Assembly (NCBI GenBank): GCA_051294905.1 | Contig: CM119378.1 | Span: forward strand, 1,614,001-1,674,000 | Length of the DNA: 60,000 nt | Origin: Botryllus schlosseri | Taxonomy: Eukaryota | Reading direction: 5' to 3' | Shown: positions 11,621 to 24,665 of the stretch, in pieces | How positions within the stretch are numbered: position 1 is the stretch's first letter | Layout of the letters: every line of letters starts with the position of its first letter | Translations under genes and position numbers: made by a program | Notes under the pieces: model-generated | Seen by the model: only the letters and a program-made list of their open reading frames with translations | Database searches by the model: none | Told to the model about the DNA's origin: nothing

Positions 11621-13163
11621 ATTTCTGATACGCCGAGTCAAGTCAAGTCAAGTCATTTTAACAAAGTGACTCGAGTCAAGTCAAGTCATACGAAAAAGGT
11701 GACTCGAGTCAAGTCATGACTCGAGTCATCCCAACACTGCTACAGAGAATGTGCAACAGGTACCTTGGCGATTGTAGCTGCTCAATATATTGTTTATCGT
11801 TTTCGCAAGCCTGGTGCTACTAATAGCACTGGATGGATGAGTCAAGTACTGTCAAAAATGTACTGTCAAAAATGTTCATGGGGAGAGAGCAAATGGGCTT
11901 TTCTGAAGAGTTCATTAGAAAGTTGCCCTGTTTTATGTCCCAGCTTGATTGAAATCTGGTAATGCATGTGACGCACAGTATATTGATCTCAAACTCCTTC
12001 ATGGCATGACAGACTTTTCATTGTGCGATTTCACAGTTGCTGATGTGGCATATAAAAAGATGCGAGAACATCATTGGCATCTCACCGAGGAAACGGTGGT
12101 ATCAACAATGTTCTCGGCTAAACCAAAGATTCCTGACAAAGTGAAGGAAGCGATGGCTGCTAAATTGCTGCAAATGCCAATCCTTGAACAATTTCGCAGA
12201 GGTAGGCTATACCTCTGAGTCTAATCTCTGACTCTGTCTCTGAGTCAATGAGTATGGTTATTTAATTGAACCGGAATCATGGTTTCTATTCAATGCTATA
12301 CATGTTGAACATGATTGGTTTAGTCTTCCAGTTTCGGAATGGCATACTGATTCGCATTTCGTGACTGCTCAAAAATGTGTGAGTAGCGTTGAAATAGTGA
12401 ACGGCGCAGCAGAGCGTTTGGTGAAATTGAATACCGACTTTGATGCTTTCAAAACAGATGACAAAGAACAGCGAGCGAGCCTCTTACGAGCCGTGGAAGA
12501 TAACGGGAACAGATATGCCGATTTCTCTAAAGCAACCATTTCATCCGGACCTGATTTAAGTAGTATTTGCCAAGTTGATCTGTTTCTTTGCCTTTTTGTT
12601 TCGTTTCCTTTGAACAATGTGATGTTTATAATGTGGCTATGAGTGAATGATACATTTACAGTTGTATTATTGCACGTGGTGATCCCGGCAATTGATGAAC
12701 AATCTCGGGTAGGGTTAAGAAGTGTAGGATAGGTGATCCAACAAAATAACTATCAGTCTTAGGCAGTTTTGAGGAGTTCTAAGGCAGTGTGGGACATGAA
12801 AATGGTGTCCTGAACTGGCAATACTTTCTACAGTGAGGTTATGTAGCACTCCAACCGCAATAGCTACATAAAACCCGCTTATATATGACGTTTTACTAGC
12901 CTAGTCCGAATAGCGACACTCAAATTTCAGGGGAGTCCCCTATTTTTAGCCGATATTCTTCCAGCTCAATGTGCACACGGATGCAAGGGATGAATTACGA
13001 AAAAAAGTACCTAGAATATGTTTTTATGGAATAAGGCATGGGAATCGGACTGAAAACCACGACATTTTGAAAGTCGATCAATTCTGAACAACCCTACTGT
13101 ACAGGCTGACGCACAGGTTAATGAGCAATAGCCTATGGTACGATGTTATCTCAAGTGTAATAC

Positions 13164-13753
13164 TATAGAAATTAAACATGGAACGGCAACGACCGATTTT
13201 GCAGCTTCGTTCCGCTTCGCCGAGGCTGGAGTGGAGAGTGGATTTGCGTAAGCGACTGTAGGATTTCTGGCAATCCAAAAGCTATCTTCCCGAGCACAGA
13301 AATTATTGAATATGGTCTTGATCGAAAGCCACTGTTGCACCGATTCCGAAAATATAAATTAGAATAATGATCAGGCACTGATCCACCTAGAATCCGTCCT
13401 CCAAGTCGAAATATCGGCATTGTTCGAACAATCAGAGAGTCGCAACGGGTCATTGTTATGGTCATTGTGTTGCGGTTACCCGATTGTTCTGAGCAATGCC
13501 GATATTTCAGACTTGGAGGACAGATTGTAGGTGGATCAGTGCCTGATCATAATTTAAATTTATATTTTCGGAATCGGTGCAACAGTAGCTTTCGATCAAG
13601 ACCAGATTCAATAATTTCTGCGCTCGGGAAGATAGCTTTTGGATTGCCAGAAATCCTACAGTCGCTTACGCAAAACAATTCTCCTCTCCAGCCTCTGCGA
13701 AGCGGAACGAAGCTGCAAAATCGGTCGTTGCCGTTCCATGTTTAATTTCTATA
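13164..13753. mobile_element. Foldback MITE, P/Galileo-like
   Basis: ~280-bp inverted arms with a ~20-bp spacer; termini TATAGAAA/TTTCTATA; 7-bp direct repeat GTAATAC on both sides. Confidence 0.8.
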
Positions 13754-15819
13754 GTAATACTGTACACCGCTTGATTGTGATGTCATAAGCAAATATTTCT
13801 CCTATTCATTTAGCCGTCGGCAACAGACCAATGGTACCGTTTGGTGTTGGAAAGTATGCAGTTAACAAACATGTGTTCAGCTAGTTATTTGTCTTTTAGT
13901 GATTTTTGAGGGAACCGCCGCGATAGCTCAGACTTGTTGAATCGGTACTTCCAACCGACGTTAATAAATACCGCAATGCACATAAATGAAGTGACGTAGC
14001 CAGCCAGGGTCGAAACAGCTTCCTTGTTGAAATCGAAACCCTTTTGTTTTAAAATGCCGATTTTATATCCAATATTTCGCCATACATAATTTGCAATTTA
14101 GTATTTTGTTATTAGTGATGCAAATTAGCGAAAAATGGACTGTGTATAGCGGCGTACGATCTGAGGTTACTGACATCTCTTGCAGCCCAAGTGCTACTAT
14201 CGACTGTGTGTGGTGTGGGGCAGGCCTGATACGTAGTAGGCTTGTGCGCCTGCTATCATCGCTGATCTGAATTACCGCTTCTGCAGCAGTAACTTTACCT
14301 ACTCTCTCGCCAATACTGTTACATTAAGGTTGATTATCGTTCTTAATGTCATGCTGTTTTTGGGTTGACACGAAATAAATTCCAATTTGCGTGGCGGGCG
14401 GCTCAACTGGCTGCGAATAGACTCTGTGACAAAATACTATCTTATTCAAATCCAAATTTTTGACGGCAATAACTCCGCTTCTACTCGTTGGAATTGAACC
14501 AAATTTGAAGAACATCGTTTTTATAGACAACCTAATACTTTCATGGGTGAACAGAAAAATTTCAAATTTTTCGGTACTTATTTTATATAATAAATAGAAA
14601 CTTTCTTCTCCCGTAGCAATGCGGCTACTGGTTGGAATTGAACCAAATTTGGCGTGTAGGCTTAAATTAGGTAACCTAACAATTTTATCAAGTAGCCAGT
14701 ACGATTTGAGAAAAAAAGTCATTTTTGAAGACCCCTGATGAACAGGGGTGTACGAGTTTCGAGCAAACGTTAAAAGGGTGTACCACGTCGAAAAAGGTTG
14801 AAGAGCACTGCTCTATTGTAAATGATAATCTAATTTCTGATTTTCCTGATAATGCTACAGGATAGCTGTATAATGTGAGACGAGCCAAGTTCGGTGTTCA
14901 GGAATGAAAATAAACTATGGTTTTACGTGAACTGAATGAGAACCTACTGTGATTTCCTATTTCAGTATATCTAATTCTAATCCAATTTCGAACAAAACTC
15001 TGTAGCTGAAGATGGTTGATTATCGAATTTGTCAATCCTGAAAATTTGCTTTCTCTCAATCTCATTGTACTTATGAAGGTGCGTCTGAGGGCTGCAGTAG
15101 CGAAGCCGCTATAATCGGCACCAGTTCAGCGAGTGACTTCATTGCGGGAGATGTCGTAACGACTGATAAACCGGTCGTTGTGTAGAAAACTCAGAGTCGG
15201 CAGTGAGAGACGTGCGTAAAAGATTTGCTTGCTTTATAAGTAAACGCGGAAAGTGTTCGGGTGAGCGAGCTGTGTTAGAATCTGGAAGGAGCTTAGGCCA
15301 TCTGTTTGCATCGATTTTTCGAATTATCATTCCCGTGACGCGATATTTGTTTGATATATTATATGGAACTCTACTAGTTGCTGACATCTGCCCTTGGCGA
15401 GTATCAGCTGAAATACTGGATTTATTTCGATATGAATGCATCATTAAAATGGATAACGTTGCTTTACAGGTGCGATTCTAGAATCTGATATCTGAGGATG
15501 CAGACGGATATGTTTCGACTAAAATTGTGACCCTTCCTCGTCTTCAAAAATATACAATATATACGTTCACGTGTTCAATTATCTAATGATTTGTATTATT
15601 GCACCGTGCCTCGTGTGTTCTGATACTGGCAGTGATGTTTGTGTTGCGACCAGGTATCGCAGTATGAGGACAGTCTCGAAAAGGAGAAAATGTGTGTAGT
15701 ACACGCGCGTCGGTTGTTCCGGTTCAGTGAGCTAAAGGCTAACCTTGTCGTCGATACCCGAATGCCATCGGCCGGAGTATCGACCACGTAGACCAGGGGC
15801 GTGCGACTTGTCGGGCCGG

Positions 15820-17870
15820 CAGGGTTGTAACCAAGTCACATGGTTCCGAGTCACGAGTCAATCTTACTTTGGTGGTTTTGACTCGAGTCAAGTCGAGTCA
15901 TTTTCAATTCATCACCGACTCGAGTCCGAGTCCAAGTCACCGTTTAAAGGGTCAAGTCCGAGTCATAGTGTTATGACTCGAGTCGAGTCCAAGTCACAGT
16001 ATTGAAGTCATGTTCAGCTCATGTTTTCAATCCTGCTTGGGTGATATCGAATTCCTAGCTTGCCAAACATGCTCATTTTGTCCCTATCAGAGTTTTGGCT
16101 ACTTCTTCCGGCTACATCTTAAAATTGTTGGATTGCCTAAAAAAATCAAATTTGGCTCAATTCCAACCAGTAAAAAGCAATGCTGTGAAAGAAAATTTTA
16201 GATTAATTACAAATAGAGATTTTCGAATTTTACCGGCTATCTCATGATATTGTTACATTGTGTGAAAATATGATTCATAGCAAATTCCAACTAGAAGAAA
16301 TAAAGTTATTAGAGTAGAATATTTTGGATATGAAAAAATAGTCGGCTTACTACTAGTATGTAATTATATTATATGAAAGAATTTCTCACTAAAAATACTT
16401 CATTTATTTTCAAATCCAAAATTTTCTCCTATCATATCATTGATTCTACTTTTTAAAATTGAGCCAGATTAAATGTCCTTTTTATGCAACGTAACAATTT
16501 CATCAAGTAGCCACCGAGTAAAATAAAAAAGAAGTTACTTTTGAACAGTGCTATTCTACAAACATCACGCAGCATTAGCCATTCATTATTACTCACGTGT
16601 ACAATGCACATACCTAACAAAACCTCAAATTGACAGAGGGTATTGTGTGTTTTCACAGACAGCAGATCACATCAATGATGATGAGTTACACTGCAAAAAT
16701 ACCAAAGTGGAAAGGAGATCCTCAGATATAATAGAGCGGCATGGCCTTAGAATAAATCCACCTCTACTGAATACACGTTCCACTGGTGCACTAGATGCAG
16801 GAATTGATAAGCATTTTTGAACCACACCGAAGAGCATAGGATACTCATTCTTTCGAGTCGCCCAAAAATGCAAAGAATCATCGCTTTCAAATCTACACAT
16901 GAGCTTATCAGTCTCTTATCAGATCCATAAGCTAATGGAAAGCAAATTTCGGATCGAACACGCATGATGTGAAGAAGATGTTTTCACCAAACGGTTTGGG
17001 ATTACCGATAGGCCAATCCAAAGACTCATCAGTTGTGATCATGTTCACATTTACAAACACTCCTGCAAAACGCTTTAAAATAGAATTTTTCAATGCTTCA
17101 ACTAATGCGCGCAAGTAATTGACAGTGACGATGTGCCTAATCGCATGGTTGTTGAGTGAGAGCAGGGTTGGTACGACCCTGATTGGCATTGGGACGCAAC
17201 AATGCTGTCTGGCGAAACGAGAGAGTATAGTTCAAGAGCAAAAGTGCCAGGCAGCATTGTTGCGTCCCAATGCCAATCTCCATAACAATGAAAAATTCGA
17301 GGCCGATTGTGGGGGTTCCAGGGCCACGAGCGGAATAACATTTATATTTTCGTAAGCAGTGCAGAGTCAGCTTTCGATTGATACCCGTTTAACCAAATTT
17401 AATGCTCGTCAAGCCGGTCAAAAATGACCTTCAAATTGCCTGTAGCCAAATCGAAATTGTGACGTGAATCAATTTCTGAGGCGTGAGATTTGGTTGTGTC
17501 GACACCATATAGGACACTATGGTACCATTGTCTGTCGTTTTTGCGGCGGCATATTTGATATCAGACGAGTGCAACGAAAGCAGTGGTGACAAATAGCGAT
17601 GTCGGCAGAATTCGTCAGATGTGTTGAACTAGTCATTACGATTCACAAATTTATTCATCTTCAAGTCATATAAAATAAGCCGAGTCATTGACTTGGGTCG
17701 AGTCATGCGTAATGACTCGAGTACAAGTCGAGTCAATCCAAATATTGACTCGAGTCGAGTCGAGTCATTTTCCCATTTCAGGAAAATGACTCGAGTCAAG
17801 TCGAGTCACAAAAAAAACGTGACTCGAGTCTGACTCGAGTCGAGTCATGACTCGAGTCATTACAACCCTG
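15820..17870 (-). mobile_element. Internally deleted hAT transposon
   Basis: TIRs CAGGGTTGTAA/TTACAACCCTG; perfect TSD CGGGCCGG; transposase remnant inside. Confidence 0.92.
16667..17120 (-). pseudogene. hAT transposase C-terminal (hATC dimerisation) remnant
   Basis: FWATRKNEYPML..LSIPASSAPVERVFS..LVFLQCN; upstream part frameshifted. Confidence 0.88.
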
Positions 17871-18752
17871 CGGGCCGGACATGGAGAGATAAGAGTACTG
17901 GGCGGGCCAGATTCTTGAATCGATACATTGAACGCGTATTTATCCATATACAATTATACATTATACAAGGATTAATCGTATTTATTGTAAATTTTAAGTT
18001 TGAAGAATAGAAACCAAAACAGCATTAAATGAATTCTGCGTATTTCAATAGCTGTCGAAGTCAGTGAGACATCAAAGATGTGAACCGGTTCATTCAACTC
18101 TGGCTGCATGTCGCGCACAAAGAAAAGAAAAGGCTAACTAAGAATAACTGTTATTTTTGTCAGAAGAAAACAATGTATAACCTACAGTCACTATAAATTG
18201 ACGTGGGGATGAAATTGTGGAGAATTGCGTCGCAGGCCGTATGTTGAGCGCCTCTGGTAGGCTATTGTATGCAAGCGAGGGGGTTGGGATTTATTTATCA
18301 ATATATATCATCAGTTAGGGTTGAGTATATGCGTAAATGCCGGTAATGCAAGCCTGTGCGTGTTGACGAACTTGCGCGTGAGCTCCATTCTCGCACTCTA
18401 CTCACACACACACGCTGTATAGAATAACTTACAGTCACTATATCATTTTACGTAATAAGAAGCTAGAGGGGAATTGCGGCAGACTGTGGCCGAGCGCCAC
18501 ATTATCATACACGACCGGAAACTCTTGAGGGCCAGTCAAATCATGTTGCGGGCCGTCTGTTGCCCGTCTCTGATTTAGACTTTGGTGTGTAGAGGCTTGT
18601 CGTTGCCCTGCGATTAAAATACTCTACCCATGATCAAGGCCTGAAAGAATTGTAGTATACCTGATAGCAATATGGATGATTTCGAACGTTCAGACATGTT
18701 GCCTAAATGAGACCACAAGACATAATATACCTGTCACACCGATGATAATTTT

Positions 18753-19029
18753 GGTCCGTGGACATATGAGCATGCGACATTACAGCATGCGAGACTTCGG
18801 CATGCGACCCATGAGCATGTGGGTTTAACTACGGGTTAGGGGTAGGTTAGGGTTGGATTTATGGTTGGGTTAGGTTTTAGGTTAGGTTAGGCTAGGTTAG
18901 GTTAGGCTATGTTTCGGGTTAGGGTAAGTTTTAGGGTTATACAGTCACATGCTGAAGTGATGCATGCTGATGTGTTCCATGCTGAACTGTCGTTTTCCAT
19001 TGTGTCGCATGCTCATAAGTCGGGCAACC
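18753..19029. mobile_element. Mutator-like MITE with a central telomere-like array
   Basis: Imperfect TIRs with ATGAGCATGCGAC repeats, GG..CC ends, 9-bp flanks GATAATTTT/GATAATTTG; (GGTTA/GGGTTA)n at ~18831-18940. Confidence 0.7.
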
Positions 19030-21027
19030 GATAATTTGATATGTCCTCGACCGTGCTAATTTCAGTTTGTGGGGCAGTACTGCGGGTGGACCACTGCTGG
19101 TTTCTATACGAACGTGCGTAGCTTTGCGCCTCGTGCTTTAAATGAATACGACCGATAGAGTTTCAAAGCTTCCAAGATGGGAAGGAAGTATCGAAACTAT
19201 AATTTCAGTACTCAAGATAGCGTGCTGTCTGGACTATTTGGTATAATTGATATTCGTGTATTGTGATGCCCAGCCACACTAACGATGTATAATCGCCTTA
19301 GTAGAAGGGGAATAGCCTATTAGAGCGTGGTGGTGTGATTATTTGCCGCAACACCATATCGTAATCACGTATTACCACCAGTGTCGATTCCGAGATTTCA
19401 AAGTGGGTTTCTGGGTTTATCTAGGCTCCTATGGTCACCGTCCAATCCGCCGTAAGATCGTAAGTTCTTTTGTCAAATCCTGATGACGCTGCTTATGCTC
19501 TTCGTAAAGCCATATTTAAACAAAATACAAATGACTCGAAGACAATGAATGTTGATACATACACATCTAAGTGTTATGGTATTAAATTTAAAAATGATCT
19601 TTTGATATCGTTCGTCAGCTAACTCGTGTAGTTCAATGCAGAGACGGCGTTAGGTGGTTGGCACACATGCACAATTGCACATGCATCATCAGCATTTGTT
19701 ATAAACGTAATACGCGATCCAATGCTGAAATTGTAGAATATGTACAATTTACATGTACATTGTACAATGTACATGGAACACAGACCAGCGTCATATAGCG
19801 CGCTCCCAATTCGCAGGACGCTGTTTCTTTTTCAATTACCAGGAACAGAAAGGTTTATAAAAGCACTGTGACTTATACCCCTCCTGAAATATCCATCACA
19901 GAAAAAGCGTAACAAGCACGTACTCCGATATCGGGACGCTTTAAAGAACCAAGGAAACGCCTCCAGAACACCCTTCTGTGGAGTTGCTAAAGCAGTATTT
20001 TATGGATCAACCACTCATAATTGCATGCTGGGACCTAACAGAATCGCAAAAGGTAAACAAATCGGGCCTTTGCGATGCATTAAGAAGTCAATGGTAACAG
20101 GAAGCTAACCAGGAACATATATCCGATTCTCAAAACAGGATATTATGATTACGAAAAAGTTTTTGAAATAAGAAAGTATAGACTGCTTATTGAGGAAGAG
20201 TCAAATATACACAAATAGAAGTATCATTATTATGTTAAGCAATGATTTTTCATTTTCATAACTGCAAAATTGATGTATAAGCGCAAAAGAAAAAAATATA
20301 ATAAATTCGCTAATTGGACATTTCAAAATACCAATTCAACCGTTTTCGGCAGTCAAGCCAGAAGAGACGGAAATAAAACGAACAGGCGCAGTTTCCTTCA
20401 GTCGCATCATATCCCACAAATTTAATTAGTTATTGATTCAAATTATAATTTCAGAGATATGTCAACACGGTGTGTAGTGTATACACTCTCACAAGGGGGG
20501 GGATTACCGTGAATCCACCTAGCTCGTCGTCACCTGGTGCGTAGCGGATTGGCCCTGACGCGAAGAAAGATATGATCCGATCTACCGCTGAGCCGGTCTC
20601 AGGGGTTCGGCGGAAGTCAGAGCACACAATTTCTTCGCGGTTTATGTAAAATCGTGTATTGATGTGTTTCCACACAGTTGTTGATGCAGGCTACATTTCA
20701 TTTGGTGCATCAGTATGTAGCCTATTAGATTTTTAATGTGGTAGCGAAAATTTGAGGCTCGCCGAAGGTTTGTAGATTGGCGTACGGGTTTATCAAGTTA
20801 GTAGCAAGGTTAAGAACCCCTGATTTGATTCAACGGAATCTTCTGAAAAAATGAACATCGATTGCACTACACTTTGGGAATAGACAGGAGAAACTAGACG
20901 GATTTTAATTGAAGGCGTTCTACCCTTGGAACTGAAAGTCGCTCGTATCTATAGGAAGCGCTCGCGAGATGTAGCATTACAATATTAAATTTGCATCCGG
21001 AATTTGGTGTTATAATCTCGAGATCAA

Positions 21028-21277
21028 CTACGAGTCGCGTGACAACAGTTGCCGAGAGCCTGGAGGCATTTGTTCCGGGTCATCTCCGACGGTCCACGAC
21101 TGCTCTGGACGCATCCCATTCGCAAACCTCGGTTGAACCCCCATCTCGTTTCGGGCGTGGGGCGAAAACTCGTATCCCGCTCCGTTCTGGGCTGAGCGGG
21201 GTGGATGATACTCCACACGTTTGTGGCCCACATCTTCGCGCGTCTGTTGTTTGATGGAATGTCGCGTTTTTCGAAGT
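21028..21277 (-). CDS. Membrane protein exon 5 (cytoplasmic tail, stop)
   Basis: cttttcag; basic stop-transfer RLRKTRH..; ends SRDS*. Confidence 0.78.
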
Positions 21278-24200
21278 CTGAAAAGACGAGGTACATATGT
21301 AGTAAGGCTTGGAGAGGAGGTCAAGTTAATAGTGAATACATGTATGCCGAATTATCTAACCACGCCCCTTCTTTACAGGATGCGTGGATGCTGTATGGTA
21401 CAACATCGGGATAGCAATCGTATCACGAACATCCTCAAGTTCACCGCTATTGTGGAAATCAAAGTCGAGCGATTTCAATTTTTGAATTAAAATAAAGATA
21501 TCGTTTGCTCTAGATTCCCCAAAGCCGATTTCAAACTCTTTGAACAGGCCAGAGACAATGTTTAGGTAATTTTTGAGTCGATATCGAAATCTAAGTGATA
21601 ACCAGATTGCAAACAGTCAATGCAATCCGAATCCGACCAATATCTTCAATCCCAAGTCAAACCAATATCTGTCCAAAGAATATTTTTACTCACCGCCTTG
21701 TAACCACAATCAGTGCGATTAATGCGATCACAAGCAACACTGCCAGAGCTATCACCACTGGAAGAAGGTCACCATGCACACTTTGTTGTTTGTCAAAAGA
21801 CGCTTTGGGATCGCATGGCGGAACGGTGCCTCCGATTTCTGATTTGCCTGAAATAACATCACAATGAATTGACGGCCTCGCAACTCAGGGGTAAAGCTAT
21901 GAACTCTGAGTGTTCCAAATGCATTCAAACCTATATATAAGTCAGGGTTGTAATTACTCGAGTCACGATTTTCTGATGACTCGACTAGACTCAAGTCATT
22001 TTCTAAAAATACGGAAAAGACTCGACTCGAATCAATCTGTGTATTGACTCGACTTGGACTCGAGTCATAGCGCATCACTCGAACTAGGTCTTATGATTCG
22101 AGACTCAGACAGCCAAGACCGAGATTTCATTGTAATTTCGAATAACAGTTAAGTAACCACACTATTGGGATTTCGCCTATTGGTACTGATACTTGAAAAT
22201 GCGACCAGAAACTGCTAAAAGTGAGGAAAATTGTTATATTATAAATGCGAACCATTCGATATCACCAAACATGACTTATAAAAAGTGGATTTAACAAAAT
22301 TTTAACTGGAAACTGAGCAGTCGACACAATGACTTGGACTCGGACTTGAGTCATAATACCATGACTCGGACTCGACAGTCTGCTCACTGACTTGGACTCG
22401 GACTTGACTCGGTGGTGAATTAAAAATGACTCGATTCAAAACTATGAAAAAGAGAGTGACTTGTGGCTTGGAGCCTTGTGACTAGGTTACAACCCTGAAG
22501 TAAGCTGACTCTTGATCTGTTCAGATGCATGGGTCACGGCTAAGCTCTGGTACATGCTAGGGAAACGTAGAAAATTGTAAAGAGCTTTAAATATGAGAGT
22601 CAAATCATCAATTCTACCAATACCAATTTAGTTACTCCCAGAGGACGTTTGACTATCGAAAGTACAGTACAGTAGCTTACAGTAAAGTACAGTATTTGTA
22701 TCACTTAGGCAAGAGTGTATTGGAGTCTAAGCCCTTTTATAAGACCATTTGGTCAGCTTCGAAGCTAGCTAGTCAATCCTGCTCTCTCGTTTTCGAATAG
22801 GAATAGGCAAACTTCTTCGTGCCGTATTGAGCTAAATCCGTTTCGCAATGTCTCTTGAAAATGCGTCCCGAGTCTACCACTTCCACCTACATTTATAAAA
22901 ATAATTCACGAAGTCGGCACGTATCATAACTTGGTGAAAAGGAGAGGCCTATCATGAAGTGATACTGCTTTTCCAACCATATGCACGTCGTGTTATCTGT
23001 TCAGCGTCACGAATTATGAAGTGAGCATTGCCAACGATATAACTTGCATAACTCAGCATCAGGAAAATACGGAAGGTGCGCTTGGCCATTCTGGAATGGC
23101 GTAAAAGTATTTCCGGTTATTGCAACTGGCGTGGCATAATTCCCGAGCTCAATTCCAGACCGCTGTATCACTTGAGCTGTGTCAAACATTTGCCACGCGT
23201 ATAAACTCAATCGAATTTTCAACACTTCGGTAAGCCGTCTTATGAAGTCACTACAAAACGACATAGCTCCCAAATGACTTCACCATGTAGATGGGCTTAA
23301 TGGAATTAAGTGAAACTATGAGTTGGGGATTCTCGCTTCATCGCCATCGACTTTACGGTTGGTTGAACTTTGTATTCTCTTGACGCATTTTTGGATTTCA
23401 TTTTTGATCAGTTCTTACCTCCTCTACCCAGACTTGGACAACTATAGATAATTCTAGTTGTCTAATTTCACTAAGAGGGAAATCCCAGTAATCTAATTTT
23501 AATATAATTTGTAAAATGTTTCCATGCTCTAATTCTAATTATAATCTAATTTCTGATATGTTCCTAATATGCTCTAATTTCAATTAGAATTTTGTTGCAT
23601 TTATTTTTCATTTACAGTTTCATTCAATTTCCAAGTTTTTGCGAATTCAGTAAGTCTAATTCGAATCTAATTTGGAAAAAGCTGTGTAGCTCCAATTCTA
23701 ACTCTAATCTAATTCGGAACGCTGAACATTCTCTAATTGTCCAAGTCTGCCTATACCCGTACCCGTAATTTTCCATGTATAATGCGCAAAATTTTACCGA
23801 TTTTTGCCCTAAAATAGGGGGGTGCGTATTATACATGGGTACAGCAAGCCTTGAAAAAAAAATCCCTCGATCAAAAACTTGAAATCACACCTTTCTTCAT
23901 GTTTGTTTAAATCGCGCATCACCTCTAGCCATTGGGCCCCGAAATTCGTATTATAGAGTGTAACGCGTTGCCAAATAGAGAAGCGTGTTGCCAATTAACG
24001 AAAAGCGTGTTTCCAATTAACGAGAGTCGTCTGCAAAGCACGCGATATCTTGCTGAGTTGGTTTGCCGTTTGCACGCGAGCGAAATCAGGTCGCTGATTG
24101 CTACAAGCGTGCGCGGCAATCCTTGTTGATTCATCGCGTCAACGACAGGCCTTAACAATCGCATACACAAGAGGCCATGTGCGCAAGATTTAATCGCTTG

Positions 24201-24633
24201 CGTAATCAGTCGCATCTCCGACAGGACTGGTGCGCCCGACATAACCGTTGGCCTGAACAATCGCATCTGTAATTGTGATAAACCTCGTGCGCAAGATGTT
24301 GTGTGTCGCTAGCCTGAGCTATCGGGTCGCCGACCTCATAGGCTTTGGCTGCTATCTATACTCGTTTAGAGACAATGCCGTTCATTGTATTTTGATTAGC
24401 GATCATCATGTCATGATTGTTCGACAGTGACATCGCAAAACAGAACAACATCGAATACTAAACCGCAACTTTTCATGTACTTATTTACTGCGAATGCAGG
24501 GTGCGTACTACACATTGGTACAGGCTTTTCCGCAGAACATACACGTCATTTTAAGGATGCGTATTATACATGGGGGCGCACTATATTCGGAAAATTACGG
24601 TAGTTATATTCCAATTTGCGAAACGTTTCTATT

Positions 24634-24665
<32 letters not shown>

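Larger units (their letters stand above)
5349..11739. mobile_element. hAT-type MITE (GACTCGAGTC subterminal arrays) hosting the copia
   Basis: TIRs CAGTGTTGGGAT/ATCCCAACACTG; perfect 8-bp TSD CTACAGAG. Confidence 0.92.
4960..12540 (+). pseudogene. Frameshifted hATm-type transposase remnant, split by nested insertions (4960-5348 and 11748-12540)
   Basis: Motifs VFDTTPSNNG, ACRHHIYEL, DYRE (split by the MITE TSD), FRKPGA, HHWHLTEE, VNGAAERLVKL in shifting frames. Confidence 0.78.
4235..13096 (+). mobile_element. hATm-like DNA transposon with ~530-bp TIRs and a decayed transposase
   Basis: Inverted repeats 4235-4762 and 12568-13096 starting TAGGGTTGTTC; TSD CTGTACAG. Confidence 0.88.
4080..14810. 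mobile_element. hAT-type non-autonomous element, outermost shell of the nest
   Basis: TIRs CAGTGCTCTTCAACC/GGTTGAAGAGCACTG; perfect TSD CTCTATTG. Confidence 0.9.
15794..18572. mobile_element. hAT MITE (reverse copy related to 47952-48847) hosting an insertion
   Basis: CAGGGGCG..CCCGTCTCTG ends; flanks ACGTAGAC/ATTTAGAC. Confidence 0.7.

Noticed and set aside
13172..13745. Two near-identical ~95-aa ORFs on opposite strands
   Set aside because: Artefact of the foldback inverted repeat
15139..15787. ORFs of 60-100 aa in apparently unique sequence
   Set aside because: No recognisable motif and no phase-consistent splice model found
18831..18940. True telomere or chromosome-fusion site
   Set aside because: Short, degenerate, single orientation and enclosed by TIRs and a TSD
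19040..19500. Possible decayed exon on the minus strand
   Set aside because: Stops in the frames examined and no recognisable family
23007..23273. Extra exon of the membrane-protein gene
   Set aside because: No convincing phase 1-1 splice sites; the model is complete without it
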